From a virus, in the IMG/VR virus record IMGVR_UViG_3300008108_004834, positions 15,844-79,843 of that record: a DNA stretch of 64,000 bases, one strand, 5' to 3'. The notes beneath the pieces are model-generated. The model saw only the letters and a program-made list of their open reading frames with translations, had not been told where the DNA came from and ran no database searches. Shown here piece by piece: positions 36,315 through 44,939 of the stretch; position 1 is the stretch's first letter; each line of letters starts with the position of its first letter. The position numbers and the translations under genes are program-made.

Positions 36315-37658
36315 ATGATAGATGTAACAGAATCACTCAAGAAGAGTAATAATAACATTCCTATTTTTGAACTTTTTCCAAATGCAGGAGGGGACCCAAT
36401 TGCATTAAATAAGGGAGTTGCAGAATTACATTATTACGAAAATATCTTATCAGAGAGTATTCGTATTTCTGCAGTAGTTGTTGATACTGGAAATGCTTCG
36501 CCTGCAAATGATGGTACTGGAGCATCAATAGGATTTGCAGAAGCTCTTAAAATAGGTAATGGGGAAAAGATCTATTTACAGATAGAAGATGGATTTAATC
36601 CTCCAAATAAACTTTCCTTTATTACCGAGGAAAAATCATTTCATCTGAATCAAACGGAAAAAATATCAGAGCATACTCAAAAGAGCGTTTTTTCGCTTGA
36701 TATAGTATCAAAGGAATTTCTTAAAAATGAATTATCAGACACAAGAGTAGTTAAAAGATATGATGGAAAAATATCAGATCATATTGAAAAAATCTTAAAG
36801 GAAAACTTAAAAACAGAAAAGGAACTTGATATTGAAGTAACCGAAAATAGATTCAATTTTATTGGAACAACTAAAAAACCATTTTGGACAATCTATTGGT
36901 TAGCAAAAAAATCAATTCCAAATATACCAGATGCTTTTGGTAAAACTGCTGGATTCCTATTTTTTGAAACTGCCGATGGATATAAATTTAAATCAGTAGA
37001 TAAACTTTTTGATCGTATTGCAATCAAAAAATACATCTTTAATAACACAACTTCAACTATAGTTCCTGTTGGATATGATGGAAAAATCTTGAATTATGAA
37101 TCAACGGATTCTAGTGATTTTCAATCAAAACTACAAATAGGAACATATAATTCTGAAAATAAAGGAGTTGATGCTTTTGAAAGTTTTTACAATCAAAAAC
37201 CAATTGATCTGGATTTACAAGAACCTGTAGTTATCACAGGAGGAACTGACTTTAAGTTTGTAAATAAAGAATTTACAAATTTTCCAAGTCGTTTTAGTTG
37301 GAGTTTAGATTCTGTTGGATTCTTACCTGATGGAAATAGTTTAACAGAACAACTTAAGAAATCAAAGGAACTTGATATTGACAAACAACAAATACAAAGT
37401 CGGGCTGCATCAAGATATAATCAATTATTTACAGTAACACTAAAAATAACTCTTGCTGGCGACTTTAGTTTGCGGGCGGGTGACTTAATACATTGCGATT
37501 TTCCAGAACTTTCTACTAAACCAAATCCAAGTTATAATCCAAGAATGAGTGGAGTTTATATGATTTCTGCATTATGCCATTCTATTTCTAATAATGAAAC
37601 ATATACTAACTTAGAATTAATTCGCGATTCTTATGGAAGAAAACCTGCACAGATGTAA
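36315..37658 (+). CDS. Baseplate hub protein, gp27-like
   Basis: YYENILSES, KKPFW, FLFFETADGYKFKS, GDFSLRAGD, SGVYMISALCH, LIRDS. Confidence 0.7.
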   Translation: MIDVTESLKKSNNNIPIFELFPNAGGDPIALNKGVAELHYYENILSESIRISAVVVDTGNASPANDGTGASIGFAEALKIGNGEKIYLQIEDGFNPPNKLSFITEEKSFHLNQTEKISEHTQKSVFSLDIVSKEFLKNELSDTRVVKRYDGKISDHIEKILKENLKTEKELDIEVTENRFNFIGTTKKPFWTIYWLAKKSIPNIPDAFGKTAGFLFFETADGYKFKSVDKLFDRIAIKKYIFNNTTSTIVPVGYDGKILNYESTDSSDFQSKLQIGTYNSENKGVDAFESFYNQKPIDLDLQEPVVITGGTDFKFVNKEFTNFPSRFSWSLDSVGFLPDGNSLTEQLKKSKELDIDKQQIQSRAASRYNQLFTVTLKITLAGDFSLRAGDLIHCDFPELSTKPNPSYNPRMSGVYMISALCHSISNNETYTNLELIRDSYGRKPAQM

Positions 37659-37690
37659 TAAATAATAATTAAATGTACATAGTATCCCAT

Positions 37691-37906
37691 ATGGGAAGAA
37701 CACTACAGCAGCACATTAATGATGATAGAAATGAATTAGACAATCCAAATACAAATGGGCAACGTAGGCGTCATTTGGAAGATGAGTTAACTTCTCTTGA
37801 GAAGTATCAAACCAATCATCCAGAAGATGAGCACGATCCTTCATCGTTAGAATTGTATTGCGATTCTAATCCAGATGCTTTTGAATGTAGAATTTATGAA
37901 GATTGA
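37691..37906 (+). CDS. cp12: CP12 (Calvin cycle inhibitor), phage type
   Basis: C-terminal LELYCDSNPDAFECRIYED. Confidence 0.9.
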   Translation: MGRTLQQHINDDRNELDNPNTNGQRRRHLEDELTSLEKYQTNHPEDEHDPSSLELYCDSNPDAFECRIYED

Positions 37907-37908
37907 TT

Positions 37909-39684
37909 ATGTCTGACGTAACAACTGGAAAAGGTTTTGATTCTGAGTTTTTAACACATCCGCCAAGGTGGTTTGGTCGTATTGAATCCAGTGAAACTTG
38001 GAGAGATAATATTGCCGCACAAAAATTTGATCAATTACCTGATATAAAAGGTTGGGGATATCGTTATAAAGTAAGAATCTTTAGTTGGCATACTGGAGAT
38101 ATGAATGTAGTACCTCCAGATCAAATGGTAATGGCAAATGTAATTTTGCCAGTGACTTCTGGATCTGGTTTAGGTGGATTTGGAGAAACTCCATGTCTTT
38201 CTGCCGGATGCATTGTTACCGGATTTTTTATGGATGGAATGGGTGGTCAAGAACCCTATATTGATGGAGTTCTTGGAAACTCAAACAATAACGTACCTAA
38301 AGAGAGGGGCGGACCGCCGCCAAATAATAATCCAACTCCCTCGGGTTCTTCTGCGCAGAATTTAGATAATTTAACTACTGCTCAATTAAAAAATCTTTTA
38401 AATCCAGCAAAAACGCCAACAAAAGAAGAATTTGCTGCGGCTTCGGCGGCGCGACAAGCAGCGACATCTGCGGGTCTTCCCAAAGACGAAATTGAAAGGC
38501 AAGTTCTTTTGGCAACAGTAAAGGCATCTCAACCTGAGCAATCTACTCCTAGACAATTAAAAGAAGTTCAGAGTACCCTTGGTTATCAGTTATATGATTC
38601 AACTTTTAATAATCCAAATATAGCAAAACTTCCAGATTTTAGAACGGTTAGTAAGTTAAATCTTGGTGGCGTTCCTGGACCATCTAACTTTCCACTATAT
38701 ACTTTTGATTCTTTACATCTCGATCCAGTTAAATCTTACTTGATGCAGGATGAAGATAAAAAGATTTTAAGACCATTGATTAGTCCTTGTAAGAAAAAAA
38801 ATTCGGAATTAAAGGGCATTCAAAGAGTTATTAAAAATTTATTAAATACAGTAGAGCAACTTAAAAAGTATGCGGGAGAGGCAACCGCATTTGCAAATTC
38901 AATACTAACAAAAGTTCAAAATGCCGTAAGTGAAGCCTCATCATATATTTCTTCATTTATGACATCTATACTTGGTAATGTAATGTCTTATATCCAGAAT
39001 AAGATTTCTGATGGAGTGAAAGAAATTAAAGGATTTTTATTTCCGGGAGAATTTCCGGGATTTACTTCAATAGTGGAAACTGGACTGGAAGGTATTAATT
39101 GTGTTTTTCAGAAAATAGGTAGAGCATTAAAATCTATTTTTGAGGATCTTCTTCTCAAACTTCTGGATAACGCAATTAATGGACCTTTATGTGCAACTGA
39201 AACTTTGATTTCTGATTTTCTTGCTGGTGGGGTATTGGATAAAATTAGCAATATAATAAATTCTGTTATTAGTCAAATTACACAATTTATTGGTGGCGGA
39301 ATAACTTCTGTTGTTAGTAATATTTTTAATGCTCTTGATTTTGTAACTGGAATTTTAGAATTTTTTAAGTGTGATGAGGAAAAATCTTGTCCAGATTATA
39401 ATGAAATAAATCTTGCTGGACCTGCAGTACCTGGAGGAGATACTCCTTTACCAGTACCTGGAGGTAATAAAACACCTTCTGATGGCGATAAGAATGTTGT
39501 TGCAGATTCTCAGAATACATCTGAAGGATTAAGTGAAGGTAAGGCAGAAGCACAACCACAATCTAATGTTGCTGTCGGAACCGAAAAACCAACAAATCAA
39601 CTTCAAGTTGGAGAATCTAATCAACAAACTAGAGATGCTGCTAAGCAAGAGAGAGACTTAATTAAAAAGACACTAGAATTTTAG
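37909..39684 (+). CDS. gp5-like baseplate hub protein (N-terminal OB-fold)
   Basis: WFGRI...RYKVRI...H...A.V.LP...VTGFFMDG..GQEPYI.G. Confidence 0.75.
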   Translation: MSDVTTGKGFDSEFLTHPPRWFGRIESSETWRDNIAAQKFDQLPDIKGWGYRYKVRIFSWHTGDMNVVPPDQMVMANVILPVTSGSGLGGFGETPCLSAGCIVTGFFMDGMGGQEPYIDGVLGNSNNNVPKERGGPPPNNNPTPSGSSAQNLDNLTTAQLKNLLNPAKTPTKEEFAAASAARQAATSAGLPKDEIERQVLLATVKASQPEQSTPRQLKEVQSTLGYQLYDSTFNNPNIAKLPDFRTVSKLNLGGVPGPSNFPLYTFDSLHLDPVKSYLMQDEDKKILRPLISPCKKKNSELKGIQRVIKNLLNTVEQLKKYAGEATAFANSILTKVQNAVSEASSYISSFMTSILGNVMSYIQNKISDGVKEIKGFLFPGEFPGFTSIVETGLEGINCVFQKIGRALKSIFEDLLLKLLDNAINGPLCATETLISDFLAGGVLDKISNIINSVISQITQFIGGGITSVVSNIFNALDFVTGILEFFKCDEEKSCPDYNEINLAGPAVPGGDTPLPVPGGNKTPSDGDKNVVADSQNTSEGLSEGKAEAQPQSNVAVGTEKPTNQLQVGESNQQTRDAAKQERDLIKKTLEF

Positions 39685-39686
39685 TA

Positions 39687-40892
39687 ATGGCATTTACAAA
39701 TAAAGTTCCAGATAGATCAATACGGGTTTCATTTTATGATAACGATGGGGTTCGTGTAGATAATGTAACTAAAGATCAAGCAAAAACGATAGAGGCTGCA
39801 AGTCCCGGAAAATTATTTTATTTTCAAGACAAGAACGGTCTTCAAAGAGAACTGACAATTGAGGAAGTTTTAAAACTTACACCAGAAAAAGATTTAATCA
39901 GTAATACTGCATCAACTCGTTCTGGGTGTCCAACAGCACCTCAACCCTGTGGGCCGCCAAAAGTTCAATTTTTTGGTGGAGAAGGTGTTGGTGCTATGGC
40001 TAATGCTGTAATTAGCCCAATTTCTTCTGGGGTAATGGCATTTGATATAGTCAATCCCGGAAAAGATTATAAAAATGCTCCTTTTGCGGTTTTAGATGAT
40101 GAGTGTGGTAAAGGAAGTGGCAGTTCTTTAAAAGTTATTACAGAACCTTCCGGAAAAATAGACAATATCAGTGGCAAAGATATTCTGCAAGTCAAAAATG
40201 TGATTATTAATACCCAAGGGCACGGATATTTAAGCAATTTTGATGGGAGTTTGGGGGGAAACGGAAGAACTTGGAAAGAAGCGGATGAAGGATATGTACA
40301 GACAAAAGAAGGAAAGTATTATACTGTTCCTGATGGTAAGCAACCATCAACATTAACTCCAGGAGACACTTGGAATCCTCCATTCGATCCGCCAGTGGAT
40401 GTTCCGGAAGATTTTGAACCAGGAGATCCTCTTCCTCCTACACCTCCAGTTCCTCCCACACCTCCAGTTCCTCCCACACCTCCAGTTCCTCCTACACCTC
40501 CAGTTCCTCCTACACCTCCTTCGCTGACTTACAAAGTTCTTGTTTGTCTTGATGGAGTTGTTATTGATGATCCTGGGTTTAATTATAAACCTGGCGATAA
40601 AATTAAAATGATTCCTGACAATGGATCTACTTTGGAACCAATAATTAATAATAGAGGTGAAGTTATTGAAGTTAAAATCACATCAAAAGGATGTGGATTC
40701 CAAGATTTACCTCAGATTATATTAGAGTCTTCAACCGGATTTAATGCAATCATTAAGCCGATTTTAAATGTAACAAGAATCATTAATGAAGAAGAACTCC
40801 TAAATGTACCTGCCGGAGTTCCACTTGTTTCTGTTATTGATTGTGTTGGAAAAATAGCACCAAAAACTACATTTGACATAGTACCGAGATGA
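39687..40892 (+). CDS. Baseplate-associated structural protein with Pro-rich linker
   Basis: PG.xY beta-repeats; position inside the gp5 cluster. Confidence 0.65.
   Translation: MAFTNKVPDRSIRVSFYDNDGVRVDNVTKDQAKTIEAASPGKLFYFQDKNGLQRELTIEEVLKLTPEKDLISNTASTRSGCPTAPQPCGPPKVQFFGGEGVGAMANAVISPISSGVMAFDIVNPGKDYKNAPFAVLDDECGKGSGSSLKVITEPSGKIDNISGKDILQVKNVIINTQGHGYLSNFDGSLGGNGRTWKEADEGYVQTKEGKYYTVPDGKQPSTLTPGDTWNPPFDPPVDVPEDFEPGDPLPPTPPVPPTPPVPPTPPVPPTPPVPPTPPSLTYKVLVCLDGVVIDDPGFNYKPGDKIKMIPDNGSTLEPIINNRGEVIEVKITSKGCGFQDLPQIILESSTGFNAIIKPILNVTRIINEEELLNVPAGVPLVSVIDCVGKIAPKTTFDIVPR
40434..40520 (+). repeat. 18-nt tandem repeat, about 5 copies, encoding PPTPPV
   Basis: CCTCCYACACCTCCAGTT units. Confidence 0.95.
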
Positions 40893-41467
40893 CAAAAGCA
40901 ACTAACTACGAAACTAAAGATATTCACTCAAAAGACGGAAATTTGAGATTTGGTCATATACATAAAGATCAGGTCATTTCATCCGCAATGATTCAGGGTC
41001 AAGGTGGTCTTGAATATATTACGATTGACCAAACTGACCCAAGAAAAGGTTGGATTACTTCAAGATGTAGAGGAAGATATCAGATTAAATGTGGTGATGA
41101 TATACCAAAAGAGCAACCTGCATTTTGGTTAGATGCTGCAAGTGGGGATATTGTTATTTCTACCCGTGGTCGTATCCGTATGGAAGCAGAAAATATTGAT
41201 ATTATTGCATACGGGGAAAATACCTCTAATGGATATGTAAATATATTAGGTAAGGAGGGGGTGAATATTGAAGCAAAAACTGTAAATGTAAATGGCAACG
41301 AAAAAATGTCCATCTTTACTGATGGTTCAATGCAAATGACCGCAATGAATATATTGAAAATGTACACGGGCGATATGCAAAGTTTAACCGCATCTTCTAA
41401 CCTCAAACCACCAGAACTACCTATGCTTGGTAGCATACTAAATAAAGTATTCCCATTAAACCTGTAA
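40889..41467 (+). CDS. gp5 C-terminal-like beta-helix (spike) protein
   Basis: Repeating short beta-strand pattern (GDIVIST.GRIRMEAENIDI.A). Confidence 0.55.
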   Translation: MTKATNYETKDIHSKDGNLRFGHIHKDQVISSAMIQGQGGLEYITIDQTDPRKGWITSRCRGRYQIKCGDDIPKEQPAFWLDAASGDIVISTRGRIRMEAENIDIIAYGENTSNGYVNILGKEGVNIEAKTVNVNGNEKMSIFTDGSMQMTAMNILKMYTGDMQSLTASSNLKPPELPMLGSILNKVFPLNL

Positions 41468-41473
41468 TATAAT

Positions 41474-42511
41474 ATGGCAAGTTTTGATGATATTTTATGT
41501 CACAAACAACTTCATTCAACTAAAGAAGCATCTACTCCTGAAGCATTGGGAAAGGGAGATAATTGTATCAAGGGGTCCGCATACCTTCAAGGTCCAGTTC
41601 AGTTTGGAAATGATAAGACATTCCACCCAGAAATAGAACCAAAATTTCCTCCCCCAATACCAAAACCAGAAGCGACCGTGATGATCGGTCCCTTAAAAAA
41701 CACCGACTCTCCTTTACCGACTGTTTGTGATAATTACAAATTTATTAAGAAATGGGAAATATCTCCATGTGGTGTTACTGGAATTGGTGCAGAAAAGTAT
41801 GAAGAGAAACTTGCTAATCCATATTCTTTAGTTGTCAGATCTGGTCCTCACATTAGTAAAAATCAACAATGTGGTTCTGAAGGAATAAAAGAATTTTATG
41901 GGCCTGCTGCTGCAATGTTTATTGGTGACGTTGATATCTATGGATATACCCGGATAAAGGATAAATTATCTGTATGCGAAAAAGCAGATTTTAATAATGA
42001 TATTGTGATAAGACAAGATGTAATTGTAGGATCTGATGTTGTAGCAAAAGGAAATATAACAGCTAAAGGAGAAGTTAAATCTCAGTGCGGTTCTCACGTA
42101 TTATCTGCAAAGAAAAATTTTGATATTCCTCACCCATCAAAAGAAGGTTGGAGACTTACTCACACTTGCGTAGAAGGTCCAGAAGCAGCGGTTTATATTA
42201 GAGGTAGAGTAAAAAATAGTACAGAGATTCATTTACCTTCTTATTGGAAAGATTTTGTTGATATTCAATCAATTACAGTAAACCTGACTCCCATAGGTTC
42301 TCATCAAGACGTAATTGTTAAAAGGTGGGATGATAAGAAAGTTTATCTCCAGTCAAAAGGTGGAATGCCTATAGATTGTTTTTACTATATTATGGCAGAA
42401 AGAATTGATACTGAAAAATTAATTCCAGAGTATCAAGGAACTATTGATGATTATCCGGGAGATAATTCTCAAAGGTCTATTGCTGGATATCACTACGATG
42501 TAAAGGAGTAA
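41474..42511 (+). CDS. Structural protein with C-terminal FDIPHP...EGPE domain
   Basis: C-terminal domain is paralogous to that of the next ORF. Confidence 0.65.
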   Translation: MASFDDILCHKQLHSTKEASTPEALGKGDNCIKGSAYLQGPVQFGNDKTFHPEIEPKFPPPIPKPEATVMIGPLKNTDSPLPTVCDNYKFIKKWEISPCGVTGIGAEKYEEKLANPYSLVVRSGPHISKNQQCGSEGIKEFYGPAAAMFIGDVDIYGYTRIKDKLSVCEKADFNNDIVIRQDVIVGSDVVAKGNITAKGEVKSQCGSHVLSAKKNFDIPHPSKEGWRLTHTCVEGPEAAVYIRGRVKNSTEIHLPSYWKDFVDIQSITVNLTPIGSHQDVIVKRWDDKKVYLQSKGGMPIDCFYYIMAERIDTEKLIPEYQGTIDDYPGDNSQRSIAGYHYDVKE

Positions 42512-42515
42512 TAAA

Positions 42516-43727
42516 ATGACATATTTTCCACCAGATACTCAAAATGGAACTATAGATCCATGGCCACCAACTATCATAATAAGAAATGATAGTTCATATG
42601 AATATGCCAGAAGATATGGAACTCTAGAAGATCCCCCAGATCTGGGAAGTATAGCAACTGGCAAATTTGCAATATTGGGAATTGCTACAAGTCCAACATT
42701 CTTCAAATCAATTGATATCCTCCCCTCAATTGGAAGTAGTGTTACTCAGTATGTTTCTGTTCATTCTGAACCTACTTTATATGATGCTTCTCTATTAAAA
42801 GTTTGGCATTTTAGGGCGGATTCTTTAATATCAGATGCTGAGTATGAGTTTGGTCACTCTTTCACTAGAGGATCTACAGATAACTCATATGGATTTTATT
42901 ATGGAAGTAATGTTGGAGTTGCTACAACAGGATATTGGGGAGTTTTTATTGATGATGAAGTTTCTAATTATTTTGATGACCTGGTATTAGTTGGAAGAAC
43001 TGTGCCAATAAAGATTAATAATACCATTACTCCTATTGTTCAAATATTCAATAATAATGATAAGAGTGGATTATATGTTCAAGGAAACGTGGATATTGGG
43101 GGAAACTTAAAGGTTGGTGGGTCAGGAGATATTGATTCAACTCTTAATGTTGGTGCCAGATTAACTGTAGAATCTGGTGGATATGGTGTCACAGGAAATT
43201 CAAATATTACAGGAACTTTGAATGTTACTTCAACAGTAACAGCACCAACTTTTGTTGGAAATGTTACTGGAACTGCAAGTGGTAATAAATTACTTGCTGC
43301 TTTTGATATTCCTCATGTAAAGAAAAAAGGAAAAAGAATTCGCCATATTATTACAGAAGGTCCTGAAGCGGGAATTTATATTAGAGGAAAACTTAAAGAT
43401 TCTAATGTGATAGAACTTCCCGAATATTGGGATGGTTTAATTGACCCAGAAACAATCACGGTATCTTTAACTCAAATTGGATATTCGCAAGATTTGATTG
43501 TCGATAGAATTGAGTGGGGTAAGAAAATTATTATTCGTTCTGGTGTTGGTGCGAATATTGATTGTTATTATGAAGTTTGGGCAGCAAGGTGGATTAATCC
43601 TATGGATCACAGTGAAGAATTGCATGTTGTTTATGAAGGAGAAACGCCAGATGATTATCCAGGAAATAACGATAGTTTCCTAGTTGGAGGATGGGACTAT
43701 GATAAGAGGAATCCTCAATGGTCTTGA
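42516..43727 (+). CDS. Structural protein with C-terminal FDIPH...EGPE domain
   Basis: Beta-helix-like segment, then the shared C-terminal domain. Confidence 0.65.
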   Translation: MTYFPPDTQNGTIDPWPPTIIIRNDSSYEYARRYGTLEDPPDLGSIATGKFAILGIATSPTFFKSIDILPSIGSSVTQYVSVHSEPTLYDASLLKVWHFRADSLISDAEYEFGHSFTRGSTDNSYGFYYGSNVGVATTGYWGVFIDDEVSNYFDDLVLVGRTVPIKINNTITPIVQIFNNNDKSGLYVQGNVDIGGNLKVGGSGDIDSTLNVGARLTVESGGYGVTGNSNITGTLNVTSTVTAPTFVGNVTGTASGNKLLAAFDIPHVKKKGKRIRHIITEGPEAGIYIRGKLKDSNVIELPEYWDGLIDPETITVSLTQIGYSQDLIVDRIEWGKKIIIRSGVGANIDCYYEVWAARWINPMDHSEELHVVYEGETPDDYPGNNDSFLVGGWDYDKRNPQWS

Positions 43728-43752
43728 CACCAGGACCTGACCATGCTATGAT
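43724..43752 (+). promoter_or_regulatory. Sigma70 promoter
   Basis: TTGACA-17 nt-TATGAT. Confidence 0.7.
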
Positions 43753-43778
43753 ACTGTGGTAATCACGAAACTGCCTGA

Positions 43779-43961
43779 ATGCAAGATGAATACCTGACAC
43801 GATGCGTGATTGATCCTATTAAACGAACAGTCTATCTGTATTCCAGCGAAGGAACAGAAAAGCAAGTAGAGTGTGATACTGTTGATGAGTTTATGAATGT
43901 ACTAATGTTTGTTCGTGCAACCGTGAGTGAAGATATACTCTCATATGCAAATCCGCTTTAA
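43779..43961 (+). CDS. Hypothetical protein
   Basis: ORF track. Confidence 0.7.
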   Translation: MQDEYLTRCVIDPIKRTVYLYSSEGTEKQVECDTVDEFMNVLMFVRATVSEDILSYANPL

Positions 43962-44024
43962 TTTCCATTTTAGGTCGAAAAAATTCCCGGCAAAAAATTG
44001 CTCCTATTAGATTTTTCAAAAAGT

Positions 44025-44231
44025 ATGAATCCTTACAGAATTAACTACAAATCTCTAAAAGAAGAACCAGTAAAGACAACTCCAGAAAATGTTAAGGAAT
44101 CAAATGAAGGATTATTTTACTCTAAAATGAATCTTCCACAAGCAGCAAAGCATTGTGGAATGAGTCAAAAGGAAATGAAATTGACTTTTTTTGAGTTTTT
44201 AAAGTATAATCCAGTCACATATAAAGCATAA
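44025..44231 (+). CDS. Hypothetical protein (possible HTH: MNLPQAAKHCGMS)
   Basis: ORF track; ATG 44025. Confidence 0.65.
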   Translation: MNPYRINYKSLKEEPVKTTPENVKESNEGLFYSKMNLPQAAKHCGMSQKEMKLTFFEFLKYNPVTYKA

Positions 44232-44255
44232 ATACCCAAAAAAGGAAGGTCTTCT

Positions 44256-44525
44256 ATGAAGTACCGTATAGATACAAAGTATTGCTGGTACAATAAAGGA
44301 ACTCAAATCGTTCTTATGTACTTCATAAACAACATTCCTTTTACTTTTGACGAACTTCCCGACGAATCAATATACGACTTGAGTTTAATAGAAGTAGCAG
44401 ATAAAGAAAGGCAATATGATCCAGAACATCTTTTTCTTTCCTCATTTTATCTCATAGACGAAGAATGTCATCCTTTGTTATTTGAATTAGATTTAGAAAA
44501 TCCCGAAATGTTACCTAAAGATTAA
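44256..44525 (+). CDS. Hypothetical protein
   Basis: ORF track; late promoter CATAAATA upstream. Confidence 0.7.
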   Translation: MKYRIDTKYCWYNKGTQIVLMYFINNIPFTFDELPDESIYDLSLIEVADKERQYDPEHLFLSSFYLIDEECHPLLFELDLENPEMLPKD

Positions 44526-44526
44526 A

Positions 44527-44682
44527 ATGTCATTGTTATCAAAAAAAGACCGAAATCTTGCACTTGAGGCATTAGATTTCTATCTCTTCAATAAGAAATT
44601 TGATTTTACTGAAGAGAAAAGAATGGAAGTCAATGCTCTTATTAATTGGATTAAATTGGAACAATATAAAAATGAAAATTAA
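44527..44682 (+). CDS. 51-aa hypothetical protein (MSLLSKKDRNLALEALDFY...); not in ORF track
   Basis: Hand translation. Confidence 0.65.
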   Translation: MSLLSKKDRNLALEALDFYLFNKKFDFTEEKRMEVNALINWIKLEQYKNEN

Positions 44683-44857
44683 TTTGTGGTGGTGTGAATC
44701 TATGAAGAAATGGAGATGGACACTAATTGATGATTATAGACCTATTGTTAAACAAGAATCTGGACAACAACCAGATCTTCGTCTTGCTATGAACGATATT
44801 GCAAATACAGTAGAATATATTATCAGCAAGCAAAATGACCCCTTAAACGAAGAGTGA
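44672..44857 (+). CDS. Hypothetical protein
   Basis: MKINLWWCESMKKWRWTL... Confidence 0.65.
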   Translation: MKINLWWCESMKKWRWTLIDDYRPIVKQESGQQPDLRLAMNDIANTVEYIISKQNDPLNEE

Positions 44858-44870
44858 TGTTGACTTATAA

Positions 44871-44898
44871 GACCTCCGAGCAATCGGGGGTTTTCTTG
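44871..44898 (+). terminator. Rho-independent terminator
   Basis: GACCTCCGA-GCAA-TCGGGGGTT plus T-run; late promoter AATAAATA follows. Confidence 0.75.
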
Positions 44899-44939
44899 TG
44901 AATAAATAACTCATAACGGAAACTATAAGTACTAATAAG

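Noticed and set aside
43960-44020. A-tract element AAAAAATTCCCGGCAAAAAATTG as origin or ncRNA
   Set aside because: Only one copy in the window, with no stable structure or other support.
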